Positions 1 through 15,000 of a stretch of 64,000 bases of DNA are shown here, piece by piece. Under the pieces are notes generated by a model, which was not told where the DNA came from, ran no database searches, and saw only the letters and a program-made list of their open reading frames with translations. This DNA comes from Mizuhopecten yessoensis. Its lineage: Eukaryota. Within the stretch, counting starts at the first letter, position 1, and each line of letters opens with the position of its first letter. The stretch is from positions 247,185 through 311,184 of the forward strand of contig NW_018408787.1 of NCBI RefSeq assembly GCF_002113885.1, read 5' to 3'. The translations under genes were made by a program, and so were the position numbers.

Positions 1-1864
1 TTTTGCTTGAGTAAAAAGTGGATGTGATATTAATCATTATTAAAAATTAACATTTTGAAAGAAATCTTTGTAAGAAATTTTGTAGGATCCTAGAAGAATA
101 CGGCATGTAATCAACTGAATTATTCATAGGTCGTTATAAAATTTTGTATTTCTTGTATCAAACTTTGTTAGCTAAATGAAGCATTAATGCGATACTTTCA
201 TAACTATAAAAAAAAAATTTAAACTGATTTGGGATTTAAAATGATTGCTTTGAGATAATGTACAGAAAAAAGTCATATTTCTTGGACGAATTTTTCAAAA
301 AGTTAAACCGACTTAATGCTTGATTTAGCTGCAGTGTGATTAATACAACATGAACAAGGGAATGTCCTTAACCTGTTCCTATGGACAGTCCATATGACAG
401 GTATAGTGTGTATTTTACATTTGTAATCTCTTTAGTAGGACCAAGGAATTAGATTAGCTATTTAAGTCCGTGGTAGGACCTGTATTTTGTAGTTTTCAGT
501 TATGTGTATATGAGAATATGAGAAACAAGCCTCATTCTCTTGACTTTTATTCGGTTCGTAAGAGGACAGGTACATGAACCTAGGTTTTATTGATTTTGTA
601 AAGCTCTGTGGAGGTATCTGTGTTCACAATAATGATCGACAAGTAAACATAACATGTAAAAGCGTTCTCATTGATGATGAATGCAAGATTTAATTTACTA
701 TACAATCAAACAGGTGTCGTTTTTGTCCCATGGTTTTCACTCGTAAATTTAAGTCATGGAACATAAATATATACCCCTTTCTGTTTAATATTGTTTATAG
801 TGTATATCGTGTCATCCTGTTCAACATTATCATTAGATATTCTCAATGTTTTCAATAAAAGGTTATTTTTGGTGACGTAGCCAACTGAATCAATTGAAAT
901 GTTTTCGTTCTCTTTCATCCTCAAAAGAAACACCATACTAATGCCGTGGAGAACTGTAAATCTTATTGATAGGAATAAAGGTAAACAGTAGAAACAGTGA
1001 ATTAGTGTACCACGGTGTGAAAATAGAATAGGATAGCTATTTAAGGCCAAACAGAAAGACAAAACTAAGGAATAAAACAATATCATTGGAACGACATAAT
1101 ATCTCAAAACTCACCCCACATGATCCCCCCACCAAATATCTCCCAAATCCCCCACAAACACATATACCCCCCCCCTCCCCCTTACAAAATACACCTCGAC
1201 ACATACTGCTAATATTTTCATTGTTGTAGGGCGTCAAACACATTCAAAACATTTTTATTTTTATGACAATTTATTTATAAATTCTTAGGTTTTGATATAG
1301 TGAATAAAATTAAGTACATTTCCAAAATTCAACTCTAAATGTCTGAACGACCTTGTTCTGTGATATGTACAGGTTAATGCTAGTTTTAAAACATGAAACA
1401 CAGAGTGGCCACTGTTTCCTCTGATGAAGCATACGTTTTTGTGACACATTTCTCAGAATTTTGAAACATGTGAAGATTTGAAACCAAAGAAGACCGACTT
1501 TACCTTAAGTCTAGCACAAAAACTAATCTATACCTACGTCGTCTTTGTGAAACAAACACCCTTTATATCATTAAGTCACATTCAGACCCGAGTGTCATTT
1601 ATGTTTTGTGGCAAAATAGAATAAGATACTTCAGTATTAAGGAGCGATTCTATAGATCCATATGTCATGACATGAACTCAGCATCAGAATAGTAGACAAA
1701 GAGAACAATTAAGACCACAAGAGGAAGTACGGGTAAATCTTGGTTCCTTTCCTGGATTGCACGGGGCACATACCGAAAAAAATACCAATGTGTCAAAAAA
1801 ACCACAAATCGAATTCGAAAATGTGAACAAAGAAAATATGTTCACGGAGACATCTTAAAAACTA

Positions 1865-2530
1865 GTAGGAGAATACGACCAGGTGTTCCGGAAGGGCAGG
1901 TGTCTTCTGCTTCATCTATTACATCCCCATTGTAAATTTAAGTCAAAATTCAAGTAATGTCACGTCTTCATAGCGAGCACTGGGTCAGCGACCAAAATAT
2001 AACGTGGCACACTAATGTGCATAATAAAAAATATCGACCTTCATATCACGAATTATTAGCATAAACCCTTTGACATCATGTTGCGTTCATAAAATATGTC
2101 CGTTGTTTGCATCAACCTATACTTGGAAATCCTGTGGTTCAGGAGTCGACAGTCGAAATCTACCATGAAAGTCATAAGGAGCAAGCCCTTGAATACTGAT
2201 TCAACCGTGACATTATCTGTGTTAAGCTAGGTTCGAGATTTTCCAGCAGACTGTAGGCATATATGTATAGGGACCTACTTATCCTCTGTTGGTAACCAAG
2301 TCCTTCAATTTCACATCCAGATACAGACGATGATCTGTCGATAAATACCGAAACACTGTATTGACCACATTGATCACAAATAGCCTCCTTAGCATGAAAT
2401 CAAGGACACTACGGACGGACTTTTACTTAGACGCTTTTCTGGATCTTTGCCTTAAACATGGTCAGGAGGCTGTGCAATAAACGGAATGACTCCGACTTTC
2501 CTATCGTGAACTTTACCTTTCTTGATTGTT
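1865..2530. mobile_element. Decayed Penelope-like retroelement (RT remnant) with an inverted 5' part
   Basis: The + strand at ~2310-2530 gives frameshifted FTSRY.DD.LSIN / EIKDTTD / FLDL / NKRNDSDFPIVNFTFL, resembling PLE RT motifs (YIDD ... YDKRDDFNFPIVNFPFL). The - strand at ~2215-1865 gives the downstream motif (QYSRACS..DF..R) and a GAAGCAG..ACCTGCCCTTCCGGAACACCTGGTC 3' motif. Recognised by eye only. Confidence 0.6.
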
Positions 2531-3986
2531 GCGATTTTGTCTTCCCTACATACAGATTTGCATGTCATTATACAATTGTATATCGCTTTTGATGCACGTT
2601 TCCTACCTTTTTATGGAATCATAAATTTGATTATCAAATGAAACAGTTCTGTATATTTCTTCAGTAGACATATGAAAAGTGGGATCCAACTCTGTTGACC
2701 TGGATAACGGGCTAGTCGTACATGTGACCTGTCGCTCCTTTTCTTGAGTTGTTAGTATGAGCTGTATTATGCACGTATTATACTTTGCTTCAGTTGATAC
2801 AGAGGAAACGTAACTCCCTTGGTATGGATTGAGAGCTGGTCGTACATAAATGTAAATGTAATCTTTCGATCTTCGTCTTGAGTTGTTATTGTGAGCTGTA
2901 TAATTTCTCGACCACCGATGTTTGTTTTGTTGGTTGATTTTTTTAAAAAGAAGAAATAAATGAATTTTGGATATCTTTCTGTTTATCGTACGAACAGCTC
3001 GGTAGAACCATTTCATTGTCTTGGCCATTTAAGCGTTCGGATAGCCAGGAGTTAGTTTTAGTCGTTATTGCATCGTGCTTCCCTATCTGGACAGTACTTC
3101 TGTACGGTTTGTGCGAGCAGCGAAGTAACTAGCCGACATTGATCGTTGTGTACCTCAAGGTGCATTACTTACTATAGACCCTCGTCATTGCATTTCTGTT
3201 TTTTCTACATCTTCCTTTTTCTGTCATACAGCGTTTCATGCGTCTGTGTAAAATGTGATCATGATTAGCTAGGATTTACGGTAGCTAACTATGTTAATGG
3301 CATGTACTAACTTACACTCAACACCTGTGATATGTGCGCTAGGAATAACAATTTCAGGATCTTATTTACCATCCATGTATAATAATTCATATCCACCTGT
3401 TATCAATGCTTGCGTTCTTACGCCTATTTAATGTCTATCATTAATTGATATATCACGCCCAGAACGTCATCAAATGCACTTTATAACAGTTGTTGTTGAA
3501 CTGGTTGGAATTCTCTAGGAAAATAAATGCCTGCCACAGGAAGGCAACGCATTTCATAATAATGAATATTAGTTTATCAGTCAGCCAATCAATCAGGAAG
3601 TCAGTGGCTTAAGTTACGGGAATGTGTTAAATTTTCTTGGAAATATGTTCGGACAAGTGCATGCATATATGATGCAATAGTGGACCGATGACCTGGACAC
3701 ATAGGATAATGTGGTTAGCTTAGCAATAATTACGTTAACATTATTTATTCGAAACTTTGGACGACCATAGGTAAATCTACGTGTTTTTGGATTCAGAAAA
3801 TAGAAACGTATTTGACGTTTTTGTGTTATATCGATAGAATTGAGTTTTAAAATTTGACGTCAATAAATGCAATACTGTTAAGCTTTTAAAGCTCTTAACA
3901 AATCTAAACCTCACAAACAATGCTATCTAGACAGCAGTGATGAGACCGATACAGCAGGGCAATACTGTAGATATACAGGTCGATAA

Positions 3987-3996
3987 GGGACTCCCC
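3987..3996 (+). promoter_or_regulatory. Candidate NF-kB site upstream of TNFSF gene 1
   Basis: GGGACTCCCC fits GGGRNWYYCC and lies about 120 nt before the ATG at 4118. Confidence 0.35.
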
Positions 3997-4117
3997 CGGC
4001 TAATCGACAGGTATGTAAATATGTAATTAACTTGATCAAGCCATCATAACAATGTTTTACACTGGTAGGACACTATATCTATGAAACACCGCAGGACAAA
4101 TCTTTTGGGGACAGCTG

Positions 4118-7100
4118 ATGTTTAACACTATGTCAACTTTGAAAGTTGAACCTGTTTCTATGATAGCGTCACCAAACGTTGGTCAGTGCATGTGTGGACT
4201 GGTGTCCGAATCCAGAAAAGGTCACAATGCTGGTCGTCGAACTGTTAGTATTAGTCGGATGGAAAGAACCGCCCTGTGGTCATTCGTGAGTCTTGGGAGC
4301 TTTCTTGTTATTTGCTGTTTTATAATGGAGGTCTTTACCAGATATAAGCTGGAGGTGATCGCTGGGAAATGTTTGTTGCATCAAGACGTCATACCTACTC
4401 CTAGAACAAATCATGATGACGTCATAATACCCACACAAAGATCATCCACTGAGGGAGAAAAGGTAAGGGAACTGGATCATTGCTACATATGAAACAGGCC
4501 GTTGTTGTTCCTTAAACTTATAATAAAATATCGAAAATTGGTTAGTCTTCAGAAAAGTCTATACCAAATGTAATTCAGGGTTCCAGGATACTAACTGCAC
4601 ACAGTAGTGTTTGAGTATGTATTAGTTATTAAAAAAAGTTGTAAAACAATTAAGCTATTTATTGTATCAATTTCTCCGTTTTCAAATCGATGCGTCTGTT
4701 TTACAGATAAACGAAGACTTGATGTCAAGGGATGATGCAGTCTCCACACCTAGCGTAGTGAAACGACGGCCCCATAAAAAACGTAAGGAATGGATTAAAT
4801 ATGAATCACTCTAATGCTTTACAGAGCGTAATGTTGTCAAGTACAAACAAAACAGTCCCTAATTGGAAGCCTACTTTTCAATCAGCATTTCTTTAGTTTT
4901 TAAAAGGGAACAAAGTAACAGTTTTGACATGTTATCGCATTGTGTGTATTGTTGCTTTGCTTTGCAAACGTTCATAATTCAATAATTCAATAACGCAAAG
5001 TCAACTATGTTTTTCTCACCATGGAGCTGCGGCAGAGCATCGATACTGTATCATCCCCAGTTAGCGATAGGTAAATATCATGTGACGCAAACACGTGGTC
5101 AGGAGCTGGTGATAGATTACCTTATCCCTAGAGAAAATCTGATCAGCAGATTAAAATCTTCTCAAAGGACTAAAACTATTACCTCTAAAGTCAATGACCA
5201 GAACATACAGCTACGCAGTCTATGTTCCACATCGGACCAACGGTTATTCTAAGTTGGTCCTACTCGTTCAAGTTAATAAACAGAACAGCAGCACAGCCTC
5301 TTGTGACAAGAAGACAAAATCAGTTGTTAGTTAAAACTTGGAGATCCTGGTAGTTCACTTCCATTTCCTGACCACATGTGATGATACCCGTCACATTAGA
5401 GTTGACCACCGCTTATTATATAAGTATTTAGTCTCCATGGTCGAGAAAAAGAAAATGACGAGAAAAGCGTTTATTGTTTGGTTTGCGTTATGGAACCGCC
5501 GTCATAAGATAAATATAGTAAGCGTCTGTGGGATCAGGTCTTGCGTACATTAAATCTCATTCCACATTGCAGGCAACGAGATTTTGACGTGTTTAACTTT
5601 TGATAGAATTTTGAACCCCAAATAAACAATGACTTGATTGAATCCATTATAAATTTGATATATTTGCCTCCACAAGAAAAAATATATAAATAAAAAACTT
5701 TACGCTACTTTTTGTTGATAATGATAAATTCTAAACAAATGTGAATTGTTTGACATTTTTGTTATAACTTTTTTAAATTTAGACAAATTTGATAGCTAAA
5801 TCGTATCTCAAAGCGGTCATTATCTTGATAATCTCACATCAACAAACAGTCCATTAGGATATCAGTGCGGAAGTAGAGTAGGTCAATGATACGGTGTTGT
5901 CTGTTATTGTCCCTTACCTAGATCAGCTTACAGGGGTCGGGAAATCATCGCCTGATCGGACCTAGTATCAGTATCAGGAAGCCTGCTATCTCAATCAAAA
6001 TAACAACAAAACACTTCTTAACCAGTAAAGTTGGGTCTTTTTTTATTTCTTTTGAAATTTTTTTATCTGCATCCCGACCTATGGCCTAGTTTCAATCAGC
6101 ACTTAGTATAAAGTTGAAAGAACAACACCTACCTTTTATGATAAGTATTTTACATCTATATGATATTTGTGTAAATATAATTTTAGGTTCACGGGCTGTG
6201 AGGACACTATCCAATCAGGTGAGTAACACCATACCATAGTAACACACGACAGTATGATACGTTGATCCGAACTATACCATATGTGTACATGGTATAATGA
6301 CATATTTATCAACATCATACTCTAATGATATAAAGTGTAAGGAATTTGGGTAAAACCATATTTAAATGATAATAATACATTCATTAGATGTTATAATGAT
6401 ACATTAAGGTTCAACAAGCCCCCTAAAAGATGACGTAGTCAACTAAAATTTCAACCCCCTGGTAAGTCATGTTCAAAGACCTCAATTACAAATCGGTACT
6501 CACATATGTTATTTATATATATTGAACTTGTACATTGGCCATACAAAAAATACATAGCCAGGTTAACGTAGTCAAAAAAAGGCATTAAGGCTGATGTCTT
6601 TATAAAAATAGTTCACCGGACTTATAACATGTCAATCTCTTTTGCAACCCAACTGAGTGCTGGGAAATGACTCATAATCTAAAGTTTATTTATATACCTA
6701 GGTCATGCGGAGCTTTATTTCTCTTCTACTAACTGCTGAGAGGAATTTCGACCACAAATAAAGATAGATGTTGCCATGCGAAACCACTAAAATCATAATA
6801 AAATCTCCTGGTAATACATTTTAGCAAATTTTAAATAAGAAAACAATGGCTAAGTAACCTTGATCGATAAATGAACTTGAGATGATGTGACATTTGATAA
6901 CATTATGTGCTTATATGAATGCGCTAGACATGTTATAAACATTGAAGCTGAAAAGTACAATAATGTTTACAACAAGTCTAGCTCTTTTATTACAATATTG
7001 AATGTTAAGGAAGGACATTTTATATGAAGTTTAAGTAGTATTTATGGTCAAATGTCTATGGTTATACACATATATACCGTTAAAATATGTTACTCTGACG

Positions 7101-9686
7101 TTTTACTATGATTTTTGTACATTCCCATAGCAACAATCATCTACTTGTGAGGCCGGTATGCCTCTCCACACATAGTTAAAGAGAAATAAAGCCCCGCTTG
7201 ACCTAGGTATATAAATGATCTTCAAATAACATGTAATTTCGAAACATTCAGTTGGGTCACTTAGGAGATTGACATGTTATAAATCTGGTGAGCAACTTTT
7301 ATCATTACATCAGCCTTAATGCCGTATTTTTGACTTCGTTGACCTGGTTATATTCCTTTTTAATAGCTCATGTAAAAGTTCAGTGTATTTAAATTACATA
7401 TATATATTCCGATTTGTGATAAGAATATTTGAATATGACTTGCCATGGGGTTGAAATTTAGGGTGACTATTACCTCTTTTAGGGGGCTTGTTGAACCTTA
7501 AGCAATCAATATACATAATTCATACAAATGATACAATTAGTAGCGCCGTATATATTTTTCATAATAATATATCGGTATAATGAAACAAGGTTTTTTCGTT
7601 GGAACATAAGTCTAATAGGTCAAATACATACAAATAATGCCATGATAAATTTCAAACTGCACGGATATTTTTCTTTCATACTAAAATTAATTGAAAAACT
7701 TGACAAATAAAAGAAAACACAATGAAATCTAATGACATCTATACAATTAATCAACCTGTATAACTCGCATATCCATGAGTATCCCGTTGTACAAAATCTA
7801 ATTTACAACCTAATTTTTTATCCGTTAATGAAGTGATAATTGGTCAGTCACACAGTTTGTGGTGCGAGTTAAAATTAGGGCATAGTTCGACAATTTGTAG
7901 TATCACATATGTGTAATTATATTTTCAATGCTTTAGGTCTCTACGCGCGCCTCTCATTTCGTGGCTAACAGCGATGGATCCGTGGACTTTCAGTATTCAG
8001 ACGGTATGCTCCTTATTATTTAGATCAGAACCCCGTTAATGTTATCGTAATAACTTCAGGTGACAGTCAATCAAAATAACATCGACCAGAGAAAGGTAAA
8101 ATCAATACTTAGGTATTTCTTGCTGTTTTTTCATCAATCTTCACTTGCTATACATCCTTATCAATTAATGTCACCAAAACCATTGACAAATCAGTAGAAA
8201 AAAAGAAAAAAAAACCAAAGTAATTAGCTAGTATTTTGCTTTTTGTCAATGCAGGATCATGCCGACACATCATCAAAGTGAAATAGTGTTAGCTTTACCT
8301 CTTGTTTGTTTTCCAGCGACTTGCATACCGAAGTGGGACGGCATGTTCTGTAGAAACGGGACTTTCTGGAGTAACCGTACGTGATACAGTAGCATCTGGA
8401 AAAGCTTAAACATATTGTGTCTCCAATCATTATCCATACACCACAACATCCAAGTCATATCAAAATGAACGCTTCCTCGTGTTAAATGATAACAACATGG
8501 GTGACATTTCATACAATAATATCAAAATATTGTTTGCTATGAATATCACAATTTCCTATAAATAAAGAAAATACTAACGATTGTTATAATCAGGCATCAC
8601 ACTTTTTCACACATGTCCGATATAATAAAATGATTTAAATTATAAATAACAAATTTGTTTTGACATTATGTACTGATATACATGCGAAATATACTTACAT
8701 CAGATATAACATTATATATACATGTTTTTGCATGAAATCGTAATTGGTACAAAGGATCAACCTACACTGCATACGTATGTAAACTAGTTGAGCGCATCGA
8801 AAATTAAGATGTTTGTTTGTTTCAGACACGGCGCAAGTTATGAAATTCTTCGTTGGTGCTGAATGGACTAAGCAAGGAGATGGTGGTATCCAGCCGGCTC
8901 TTGTCCAATCAACGCCTGGCATGTTTACCGTGCAAAGTGGGGGTCTTTACCTCATCTATATTAACGTGAGTTGAGCTCTTAAATATCGCCTCTTTATAGG
9001 TTTTATATGTGTAATTGGAGTAAATTGTTTACGTCATAAAACGCTCGCATTACATCCCTCTATTACAATTTGAATTTTAGCTGGTAAAAAGATGATCAGC
9101 AGAAGTTAAATAGTCCACTCAAGATCAGTTTAACTAGTACATTTTAGGTTTACATATTAACGTAGACATTGAAATTTGATAAGTTAGTCTGAATGCGGTA
9201 TGCTGCATATAACGCATATCTTCAGATATCATTTATGACAAAGGGTATAACAAAGATGGGAATCAACATTCCCCTGTGAGTGATAACAAGAAAGCAAAAT
9301 GTAATAAAACATACAGAGTATTCAAATTAGAACCACTAAACATAATCTGTTAGATAGCACTGGGTTCACTTATGTTTGTAACCGTCTAGGTGATAATCCG
9401 AACTACAGAGGACAAACATGACATCGAAGTGTACAGTGACCAGACACGCCTATTACGATGTCGACAAGGACTGGACTATGTCCGGCAGACGGACGACAGG
9501 TTCCTGTACTCGAAGACACGCACGTGCAGTGTCATGGGTCTTTTCTACTTGGAGGATGGCGCTGTAGTGACGTCAAGGGTTCTACAGGCAAGGACTACAC
9601 TGTCTCTTGGACCGGACAGCACTAACTTTGGCGCTATCCATTATAATACGCGCCCGCAACTCCGTGATATCAGTTTTGTTGGTTAG
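4118..9686 (+). CDS. TNF superfamily ligand gene 1 (type II membrane protein, no collagen, ~338 aa, 7 coding exons)
   Basis: Exons: 4118-4462 (TM ALWSFVSLGSFLVICCFIM); 4707-4782 (VVKRRPHKK); 6187-6218 (RSRAVR, furin-type); 7937-8003 (strand A, ASHF); 8317-8376 (CIPKWDGMFC); 8826-8965 (FTVQSGGLYLIYIN); 9390-9686 (RC...TC...TNFGAI). All junctions are GT-AG and phase-compatible. Confidence 0.88.
6408..7497. mobile_element. Non-autonomous DNA transposon (MITE) with ~400-bp imperfect TIRs and TTAA target duplication, Kolobok-like
   Basis: TTAA|GGTTCAACAAGCCCCCTAAAA ... TTTTAGGGGGCTTGTTGAACC|TTAA. Inverted similarity continues over ~6408-6805 versus ~7100-7497. No ORF. Confidence 0.85.
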
Positions 9687-9879
9687 AAGTGTACATATGA
9701 TCAATATCAAAAGTGTAGTTACTTGCAAGTTTTTATACATATGATAATGTAAAATTTAAGATATTACTCATAATAATGACATAACAGGGAAAATGATTTC
9801 AAAGTATGACACTCTTACTTCAGTGTTTGCCCCAACTTCAATATGTATAAGATCGGACAAGTTAGGGGGAGGGGACGAA

Positions 9880-10050
9880 AGGTTACAGCAGGAATAATGG
9901 TCACAGCTAGAATGATGGTTACAGCAGGGATGATGGTTACAGCGAGAATGATGGTTACAGCAAGGATGATGGTCACAGCGAGAATGATGGTTACAGCAGG
10001 GATGATGGTCACAGCGAGAATGATGGTTACAGCAGCGATGATGGTTATGA
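9880..10050. repeat. 18-bp minisatellite (ATGATGGTTACAGCRAGA), ~9 copies, downstream of the gene 1 stop
   Basis: Directly visible; explains the spurious MMVTAR and AVTIIL ORFs. Confidence 0.9.
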
Positions 10051-12045
10051 TGACTGTTGTTTTAGTTCATCTGTCGAATACGTATACCTACAAACAATGA
10101 TAAATATCTCCAGCTACAGATATGAATGTCATGGAACATATATATATATGTGGATATATGTGTTATGTCAATTGTGTTTCATATGTGTTTTAGCAATAAA
10201 AAATTGTGTTATAATTATATGAAAATTTATATTATGTTGTTTATTATTTCAAAACTGCCAAGGAATGTCGAATTATATACTCGAATTGAATTAGATCAAA
10301 AACTTTATTATTTACAAACAGCAGTTAATCTGTGGTAGAAACAGTAGTCATATTAAGGTGACATTAAATTGGTTAAAGTATTACTTGTTTTAAGTTTGGA
10401 ACTTAATATAAAATTGCAAATGCTGATAGATACGATTTGACCTAAACGATATACTACATAAAAAGAGATCAGCTTTGATTCGAGCAGTTTACCCTTCCTG
10501 AAAGTTGTCAGTGCTAAGTCGTATTGTTTACCCTTTCCTAATAGTGCCTGTAGTTATTCGAGATTATTGCTCTCTGTTAACGTTGTTTCTATTATTTTGC
10601 TCTTTCAGATAATATTTTAGTGTTGACTCTTGCATTTGCTCTTTCCGGAAAGCAGTCATTGCTGGTTCGAGCAACTTTGTACTGTCACTAGAATATAATG
10701 CACGTTTGAACGCTTAAGATTCTGCAGAAGAGATGCAAGCACATCCTTAATTAGCACATTTAATTGAAGTTAATATATATTGAAAATCAGGGCTATACGC
10801 TCATGCATTAGTTTCGAGTAAGAAACCATGAGAGAGAGATGATCGCTCCACTTGTTAATGAGTTCACATTTACTATCCTGTTATCTGAAATTTGTTTTAT
10901 ACCACAGTCCAGACAAGATACAATATTCGTTATGGCTTCAGTGTATTAAAATACTTTGAAATAAATCGTGGTTTTTAGATATTTTTACAATATAGTAATC
11001 CATATATAAAATACCTCTTTTTTTACACATATATATCCCAAACCTTATGTACTATATAAAGTAAAATCAATGTAGATTTTTGACAGATATTATAAACTGT
11101 ATTAATAAAAACAACATATGTTCATAATTGCCTCCCTAGTGCTATATTTTCATATTTTGTTTCTTAATAATGATAATGTATTGTTGTCTAATAAATATAT
11201 ATATATTTGATCTTACTTTTACAGTTGGTCAAGTGTAAATTTCTGCTGAATTAACGATATCAAATGCCACAAAAATATCGGTATACCAAGAATCCTTTTG
11301 TCACACAATAACCCTAATATTTGGAAGTTACACCTAAATAGCATTTCACCCGGACGAGGAAGTATCTTGTTAGTAACCTAACGACCTAACTGTAAAACGA
11401 AACTAGCACTTTTGTAGGTATTGTAGACCTGTAGCACTCATACAGGTTGTTACTGAACATTTCAAATCATTATGTAGTCATCACACGCATTTAGTTGTTT
11501 AATGAGGTATAATCACGTAAATAAATTATTCACAATTTAAACTAAATAACCATTGAATTTATTGGAGACTTGTTTTTTGTTTATTCTAAATATCTATTAG
11601 GATCCGTTAAATAAGGACGTCGGTTTACCTTCGTTTACAGCTATATTACTGGTTACCGTAACATGTATTACATAAACATATCTCACAACCACAATATAGT
11701 TCGTGTTATCTGTATTTTTGATACACCTAATTAGACAGAATGAGACCACAGTTATAAGCATCGATTTGGCGTGGTGCGGTGACATATTAAGCTCCGTGAA
11801 TGTGAACATTAAGGACGGCGTGTTGTCTCAGTTGCAGTTTGACCTTGTTACTGAGAACTACTAGGTCATTCTTCGAATCACAGACTACATTGTCAGGTAC
11901 TGTCTGAAGTACACCAGTCGTACTCGAGGTCTGTTACCAGCCGGTCACTCTTATCGCCGAATATTACCGGAAGTACATACCCCCTATCAACTACGTCGGA
12001 TTTGGCTGGAGTCTGGACCCTGATTTTATCGACAACAGAAGAAAA

Positions 12046-15000
12046 ATGAAAACGAAAGTTGTTTTTGACGGAAATCACCATGGGCCTTGCATAGAGGCAG
12101 ATCAACATACAGGTTGTTGGCCTCTATGCCTGGCCAGGTGTACTTTTTACGGGGTGGTATGTATATATATGTTATGGTCAGCGCGGGAAATCGCCATCCT
12201 AAAACAGTATCAAGAAACATGCAAACAGGAAGAAGGGCGAATGAGTGTACCTGCACAAAAGGTAAACAAACATGGCAGGCTAAGCTTTACTTTCGTATAT
12301 CTTACAAAGCGAAAGGACAAATGTGTATGATGCATACTTATAAATTGATTATATATATTATAAAGTCATGTTGAATAGGTTTATGGATATGACTGGTTTA
12401 AAATAGATTGTGCAAATAATTTCCGAGACGGTAGCATCAACACATTTAAGTAATTTTATTGTTGATTTACACATCTAATCTTGAGAGTCGTTATCTGATA
12501 ATGGCTCGTTTTCAAGTATTTAGCATCTGTATTCTCGGTAACTCATCTTAAAGATAAAAAAAATGGTGCAAAGGTTTCCACGAAAAAAAAGAGTTTTTAA
12601 TGTTTGTTATTTTGGCGGTGAGTGTTTTTACATAATACTTGGCGTAAGGATTTATTCTTTGTGTGTTTTGCAAATAGAGGGAAGATGGATTCTTGCAAGA
12701 TATCGACGCACCTGTTTTGTTGGATGTTGGAGCATCTGACAACGTTGACCAATCATTAAATGAAAAAAACAATCTTCATCGCATTGCAAGGGCCGCTGAT
12801 CCTGGTAAAAGGAAAAAGAAATCGGGTATATAAGGCTACTAACCTTTTACATCACTGCATGTAACCGTCACGCGTGTAACATTAAATACAGACTCATTTA
12901 TCTAATATGTACATGCACTAAGTGGTCATACACGTAGAGTCGTGATTAACAAAAAGGGCTTTTCCTTAAAATAAAAAAATAACGTTGTGACTCCAATAGG
13001 GAAATTAATATATAATTGCATTAGTGCACATAACTTAAGCTGGCCTAGCTTCCACTTACGACTTTATTCTTTAAGACGATGTAAATACTATTTCATGTAA
13101 TTAATGATGAGGGTCTATAATTGCATTAGTGCACATAACTTAAGCTGGCCTAGTTTCCACTTACGACTTTATTCTTTAAGACGATGAAAATACTATTTCA
13201 TGTAATTAATGATGAGGGTCTACACGCATACATTGTATTGATGGCCAATGTTTTGGTAAACAGTGTGTTGACAGCCAATGTTTTGGTATATCTGGTATTG
13301 CTACATATACTCCTGTGTTTTGATATACATGGTATTAATAGCTAGTGTTTTTGTATACACTGTATTGTATTGATAGCTAGCGGTTTGGTATACATGGTAT
13401 TGGTAGCCAGTGTTTTGTATACACTGTATTGTATTGGTAGCTAGCGTTTTGGTATACATGGGATTGGTAGCTAGTGTTTTGTATACACTGTATTGTATTG
13501 TTAGCTAGTGTTTTTGTATACACTGTATTGTCTTGGTAGCTAGTGTTTTTGTATACACTGTATTGTAGTGTTAGCTAGTGTTTTTGTATACACTGTATTG
13601 TATTGATAGATAGCGTTTTTGTATACACTGTATTGTATTGTTAGCTAGTGTTTTTGTATACAATGTATTGTATTGATAGCTAGCGTTTTGGTATACATGG
13701 TATTGGTAGCTAGTGTTTTGTATACACTGTATTGTATTGATTGCTAGCGTTTTGGTATACATGGTATTGATATCCAGTGTTTTTGGTAAACATTGTATTG
13801 ATAGCATACATTTTTCATACATGCTATTGTTTGGTATATTAATTAGTTATAGTTATTGATCTGTCGCATTTTAACATGATTCACAGGTAAACGATCCAGA
13901 TGCCCAAAGAAGTGTCGAAAAGGTGGTAGGGGCCCAAGAGGTCCAAGGGGTCCGAAAGGTCCACCCGGAGGGCCGACAGGACCACCAGGCCCACCTGGTA
14001 GCCCAGGTCAACCAGGAACAATAGGATTACCTGGCACACATGGACCGCCAGGGAACCTTGGACTTCCGGGTAAGTGCGCATATTGTTAATGCTGCTTAAA
14101 CATTTTAGGTATGTAACGGTACTGACAAATCTAAATGTTCCTATTTATGCACTAGTTATTGTATGTTAGAGTAAATAATAAAATGTTTCATTATATTGGC
14201 ATTACAGTTAAAACAGGATCGTTGGTTGCAATATAAAAGACAGCAGTTTATCACAAAAGGATTACCAGCCTTTGTGTCCTTGTTAGTTACTAAATATACG
14301 ATGCATTTATATTACATTTCTACGTCCTTCTCCCCAATTATTCTCAAATTATACACTTCTTCAGTGTCATATTTTAGCATATGTATGGATATGTATTCAT
14401 ATCAAACTAGATATATAGATTTATATTAAACGATACACTAAGTTAATTAGGGAGAATTTTGAAATATGAATAAATTAGATAAATTACAAATTTACATTAA
14501 TAAATTCGACAATTGGATATTTTGTATGCAGAAGTTATGAATAATGAAACCAATACTACTGATATAAGGCATTATTGATTATTGTTCTCACATACAACCG
14601 TATAGTCATGGACGATCGATATGAACACGTAAAGCATATGACTCTACCCAACTACATTTATTTATATATATCGAAACCGTCTGAAAAGTGTAGAGAACCT
14701 TTTGATCAATGTTGTATTAAGGGGTCACTGACTTTATTCAAATAAAGTTAAATATGTGTCTCAAGTGTAGGGAAATGCACTTTGCTTTATCATTTATATA
14801 CACGTACTAAACAGCCCCATACACGTACTAAACAGTCCCATACACGTACTAAACAGCCCCCACACACGTACTAAACAGCCCCCATACACGTCCTAAACAG
14901 CCCCCATACACGTACTAAACAGCCCCATACACGAACTAAACAGTCCCATACACGTACTAAACAGCCCCCATACACGAACTAAACAGCCCCCATACACGTA

